Assembly: GCF_000143415.4 (NCBI RefSeq)
Contig: NW_003314292.1
Span: 799,325 to 863,324 of the forward strand
DNA: 64,000 bases
Reading direction: 5' to 3'
DNA from: Selaginella moellendorffii
Taxonomy: Eukaryota; Plantae; Lycopodiophyta
Part shown: piece by piece, positions 59,500-64,000 of the stretch
How the letters are laid out: the number at the start of each line of letters is the position of its first letter
How positions within the stretch are numbered: the stretch's first letter is position 1
The notes under the pieces: model-generated
Seen by the model: only the letters and a program-made list of their open reading frames with translations
Told to the model about the DNA's origin: nothing
Databases searched by the model: none
Translations under genes and position numbers: made by a program

Positions 59500-62400
59500 A
59501 TGCTTATATTTTATCTATTCCTTTCATTTCTATACCTCTTTGTCCCTTTATTTGTCCCTCTACTTCCATTATTTTTGTCTCCCCATTACTTCCTCCTATA
59601 TTTCTATCTTGTTCTGTTGTTCACTTTTCCGATCCCTCCGACAGTCTTTGTGTTGCTTGGTTGATCGGCTCATAAAGGAGTATATTAATCTCTTTAAATT
59701 TCACTTATCGTCTGGGGCCTAGATTGCCACACGTCATCCGATTTCAATTGGGGATGCTCATCCAATCAAGGTTCATGTTCGTTGTTGATCACCCAAAAAG
59801 ATTATGATTTTACATATAAATGTCAAAGAGATGTTGGAAAAGGGTGTTATTCAAAAGTTGTAAAGTCATTGGGCATATGAACCCCATTTTGTGATGAAGT
59901 TTGATGGGAGTATTTATTTTTGCATTGATTATTGTCCATTAAACAAAGTGATGATTCTGAATATGTACCCTCTTCCTCACATTGCTAATCTCTTAGATTG
60001 TCTAGGGAGAAGTTGTTAGTTAACCAAGCAAGATCTTGCTTCTAAGTACTGGCAAGTACCAATGGTCGAAGAAAATATTCTTAAAACTACTTTTCATACA
60101 CCATTTGGTTTATATAAGTTCTTGATAATGCCATTTGGTTTGAACAATGCTCCAATGACTTTCCAAAAAATGATGACGATGTTCTTTGTGATATGCAAGA
60201 GGTGACAACTGACTTCATTGATGATGTCTTGATCCACTTGAAGGGGATGTGGGAGGAATACATCTGTGATGTTTGTAAAGTGTTGGATCGGTTATAAGAA
60301 GTTGGTTTAAAGCTAAAGCAATCAAAATGCGTGTTTAGATCCAAGGACACAACTTATTTTGGGTACCATATTTCTCGTGAGGGTTTGTAAGTTGACCTTG
60401 ACAAACTTGTGGCTGTTCTAAAGTTCCTTACTCTAAAGTGTATAAATGATGTGCAATGCTTTATGGGCAAGGTGCAGTATCTCAGTCATTTTATGGATCA
60501 TCTTTTTTATTGCATTTTATTGTTGCAAGCATTGCTGAAGTCATCAATGTCATTTTTCATCTGGTCTACATACTATGAGCAGGCGTTCATGGATTTCAAA
60601 GAACTATTAACAACTCCTCTAATTTTAGTGTATCTTAACGACACTCGACCTTTTATTTTCCGTGTGGATGCTTTTGATATTGGTCTGGAGGTTTGTTGAT
60701 GCAAGAGAGGTTAAGTGTGTCTACTTAGTGCCATCCCATTGCATATATAAACTATACATTACAACTAGCAGAGACGAACTACTCCACGATAGAGAAGGAG
60801 TGTTTGGGGTTTCAAGAAACTTCATGGATATCTACATGGTTTTTGGATATTACTGAAAAGTGATCATGTTGCCGTTACTTCATTATTGAAGTGGAAGAAT
60901 TTGGTTGGTTGTACTGTACAGTGGGCTTTGAAGCTTCAGATATATAATTTTGATATTGTTCATCATTCGGGGAGTTTTATGACTGATGCTGATGCCCTTT
61001 CTCGAGCTCCTCTTCCTTCTTTGCTCTCTTCTCATATTTCTGATAAGGTTATTGTTCTAGCATCTATAGATTTTCTAAATGGGGATTTTATACCATCAGT
61101 AGTTGCTATACTTGACATTCAGTGTTCACAAGGTGCAGAGCAAAGTTTACCTTCTCTTGATGAGGTTCATGAGGCTCAAAATATTGAGCCATGGATTCGA
61201 AAACTTCGAGATAGGTTTAAGAATTCTGCATCACTTGATGATGACTTGCCATTCCAACATTTAAATTTTCAATATCACCTTGGAAATGGCTTTCTTTATT
61301 TTTTGAGGATGGATCTTGATGATTATTTTTGGCTAGTGGTGCCTTCAATCTTTATTCCATATTTCCTCTATGCCTACCATATTTCTCCCATTCTAGACGG
61401 GCATATAGAACATTATTGTATGACTGAAAAGATGTGCAGGTCTTTCTATTGACTAGAGATGCAATGTGATTTTATCTAGTATGTTTAGTGCCAAGCTTGT
61501 AATACTCCCCCTCATGCTGTAAAAGAATAGTTGGAGTCAATTGAAATTTCTCGTCCATTTGAGTTGGTGGTGTTTGATCTTATGGGACCTTTTCCATGAT
61601 TAACTGTTGGTAATAAGTATGTTATTATTGCTTTTAACTATTTGACTCACTGTTAAATATTTCCTCCTCAATTGAGTGGTGTTCTAGCATTCTTGTCCAG
61701 AACGGATTCTTTCGGATAATGGTCCCGCATTTATGGCTGAGGCATTTAATGTTTTGATGTCTCGTTTAGGGATACACTACACTTTCACGAGTGCTTATCA
61801 TCCACAGTCAGATGGTTTGGTGGAACAACTCATTTGGATATTCAAAAGGATGATCGCAAAGTACATGAACTTTCAGCATTCAAATTAGGATGATTATTTA
61901 TCGTCTCTTTGGTATGTATATGTCACAAGAGTGTAGAGTTCTGTTGGTGCTTAACCATATAAACTCTTATATAATTATGATCCAATATTACCAACAAAGT
62001 TGGGTTTACCTTCACGATTGCCATGAGCTGCCAATGCTAGGTCATAAGATCAGTATTTCACAAGCATTCTTCCACTTGTTCAAGCAAAGTTTGCTAAACA
62101 TCTAGGCTATGTACAAGTGAGATAACAATAGCATTACAAGTTCTATTATCGTCCACCTATGGAGTACAAAATGAATGACTTGGTGTTAGTCTATTTTCCC
62201 CATCTTATGATATGTGGTTTATCTAAAAGGTCCTTGCTTAATGGACCGTATTGAGTGTTGCAGCAAGTTGAACTACAAGTTTATGAGGTTTGCCATGACA
62301 TCCAGCAGGCTGATCCTCCAGAAATTGTGCATATGTAACAATTGAAACACTTTGTATAAAGGGATTATGAACAATTAATATCACCTACAAACAAATCCAC

Positions 62401-62660
62401 TGATGCCTCCTCTTGATGTTCCTTCAGATCCCGGCCCATCAACGAGAGAACCCTGATGGTCTTCCATTATTCCGAGAGGAGGGGATGATGTGAGGTTCAA
62501 GTGTATGGCTATGACGTTGTATACTAATATTAACATAGTAGGATTTTATAGCTGTTGGATTGGTTTTAATCTGGACCATTTGCACATGTATATAAACTAG
62601 GGTTTTTGGGTTAATAAAAATGTATATTTTCTGTATTCCCTTTCCATATTCCATGCACTC
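59500..62660 (+). mobile_element. Older, heavily decayed Ty3/Gypsy pol with putative PPT and 3' LTR start
   Basis: CIDYCPLNK, YPLPHI, DLASKYWQVP, MPFGLNNAP, FIDDVL, DADALSR, DLMGPF and HPQSDGLVE. Purine tract GAGAGGAGGGGA at ~62474-62485. Confidence 0.88.
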
Positions 62661-64000
62661 ACAATTTACTTAAATTTAATAAATTTATTTTTTAAAGTGG
62701 AATTAAAAATAAGTAACATATTTTTATATAAGAGTATAAAATCTAGTTTATTATATAAAGTTTCTATTTTTATTATTTAAAAAAATTATTTTAATATATT
62801 AATTTTATTGACTCAGTAGATTTTTACTATATTTCAGGCTATTAAGCTCTCTTACATGATTTAGATTTCTAGGATATTTATTATTCATTTACATATATTT
62901 ATTAGAACGTTTTTCATCTAAATTTATTAATTAAAACAAAGTAAGGCTAACTTGAATATTTTCTTCGATATGTATTTTGGAAGCTCTTAATATGTAGAAA
63001 AAGAATGCTTGCATTTTTCTACTTCAAGTAGAGTCCTTAAATGCAATATATTATATAGAATTATCAAGAAGAATAATTAACCATTTGTTGGAGGTAGCAA
63101 ATGATAAGAATAGAAAAAAAAAGTTAAAGAGTATTTTTAACATTTATAACAATAATGGAAAATCCATCAAGAAGGATATAAAATACCTTTGCTCAAAAAT
63201 CAAAATAAGGTAATATGATTTTCAAAGTTTGGCCCTAACTAATTTTTAAATAATGAAGTTTTATAAATTTTTACTGCAGAATAAATCAAATATAAACCAT
63301 TTGAAGAAAACACAAACCATTTGAAGGTTAATTATGCAGGTTATCTAGTTGGAACAGGTTTCAAAATAAAAATAAACTTGTATAATGCTTGATATGATTA
63401 TTTATTTAAAACACTACTTCAATGCATCACTATATACAATTTCAAGAATGTTGGTTTAAGACCAAACTTGCAAAAACTTTATACTAGCAGAGTGATACAC
63501 TAGGCAATATAAAGAAACAACTAGTTGATATGTTAAACTTCAACACATAAGCTTAGTAGATTGGTGTTATATTAAATTTGAGCACATATAATGGAAATCA
63601 AAAAATCATTTCTAAAAAGCAGGTGACAATTGGGAATAATGATGCACATAAACCTAACACCATGCATATTAACATTCTAGTCCAAGACTACTCATCTAGA
63701 AAGAATTTAAACTTTGACCATATTGGAACCACAAACTTTGAAGTAATGAACATTGTAGATGGGGAAATTGACTCATTTTGGGCTTTATAATATGTTAGGA
63801 AAGATAAATATATGATATGCATAAGATGGCTTAAAGTGGAACACAAATATTACAAAAAGTCAATTCCAAACATATAGTGGCACTAAGTGTAACAAGATAC
63901 AAAATTTGGCAATTTTGTTTCTATGGATAATATTTGTGACTATTGGGATCTATTGTATGATCTTAAGGGGTTAAGACATGCTCCATTACAATGGCTAGTC

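Noticed and set aside
62700-64000. AT-rich terminal region with 70-aa ORF (63578-63790)
   Set aside because: No ATG start, splice pattern or recognisable motif. Probably old TE debris.

Overview
This is eukaryotic land-plant nuclear DNA. The ~50-70 nt GT-AG introns, intergenic gaps under 100 bp, short-motif PPR genes, NdhS and 100-N scaffold gaps suggest the lycophyte Selaginella (inference, not proven). The window has three parts. (1) 1-16.4 kb: pseudogenic gene fragments, then a decayed Helitron. Its RepHel frame is split by a complete 9.5-kb non-coding LTR element (TTGTA target-site duplication), which carries a 5S-rRNA-bearing Cassandra-type TRIM and a tandem-repeat array. (2) 16.8-48.7 kb: a very dense gene island with a PPR-DYW editing factor, an uncharacterised spliced gene, PEX2, a rhomboid protease, NdhS, an MTP Mn-CDF transporter, a CHR24-like SNF2 pseudogene plus intact tandem copy, L-arabinokinase, a small ORF, a GPI-type LTP, a PLS PPR, an EDM2-like gene and SDHAF2. 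(3) 48.9-64 kb: a nested TE pile with a second copy of the non-coding LTR family, a complete Ty3/Gypsy element inserted in it, a second complete Cassandra and an older decayed Gypsy. The most notable signal is the Cassandra family, whose 5S internal-promoter segment sits near the LTR end with a duplicated A-box. Empty and filled insertion sites can be compared directly within the window. Gene ends and exon models were read by eye; family names come from recalled motifs, not database searches.
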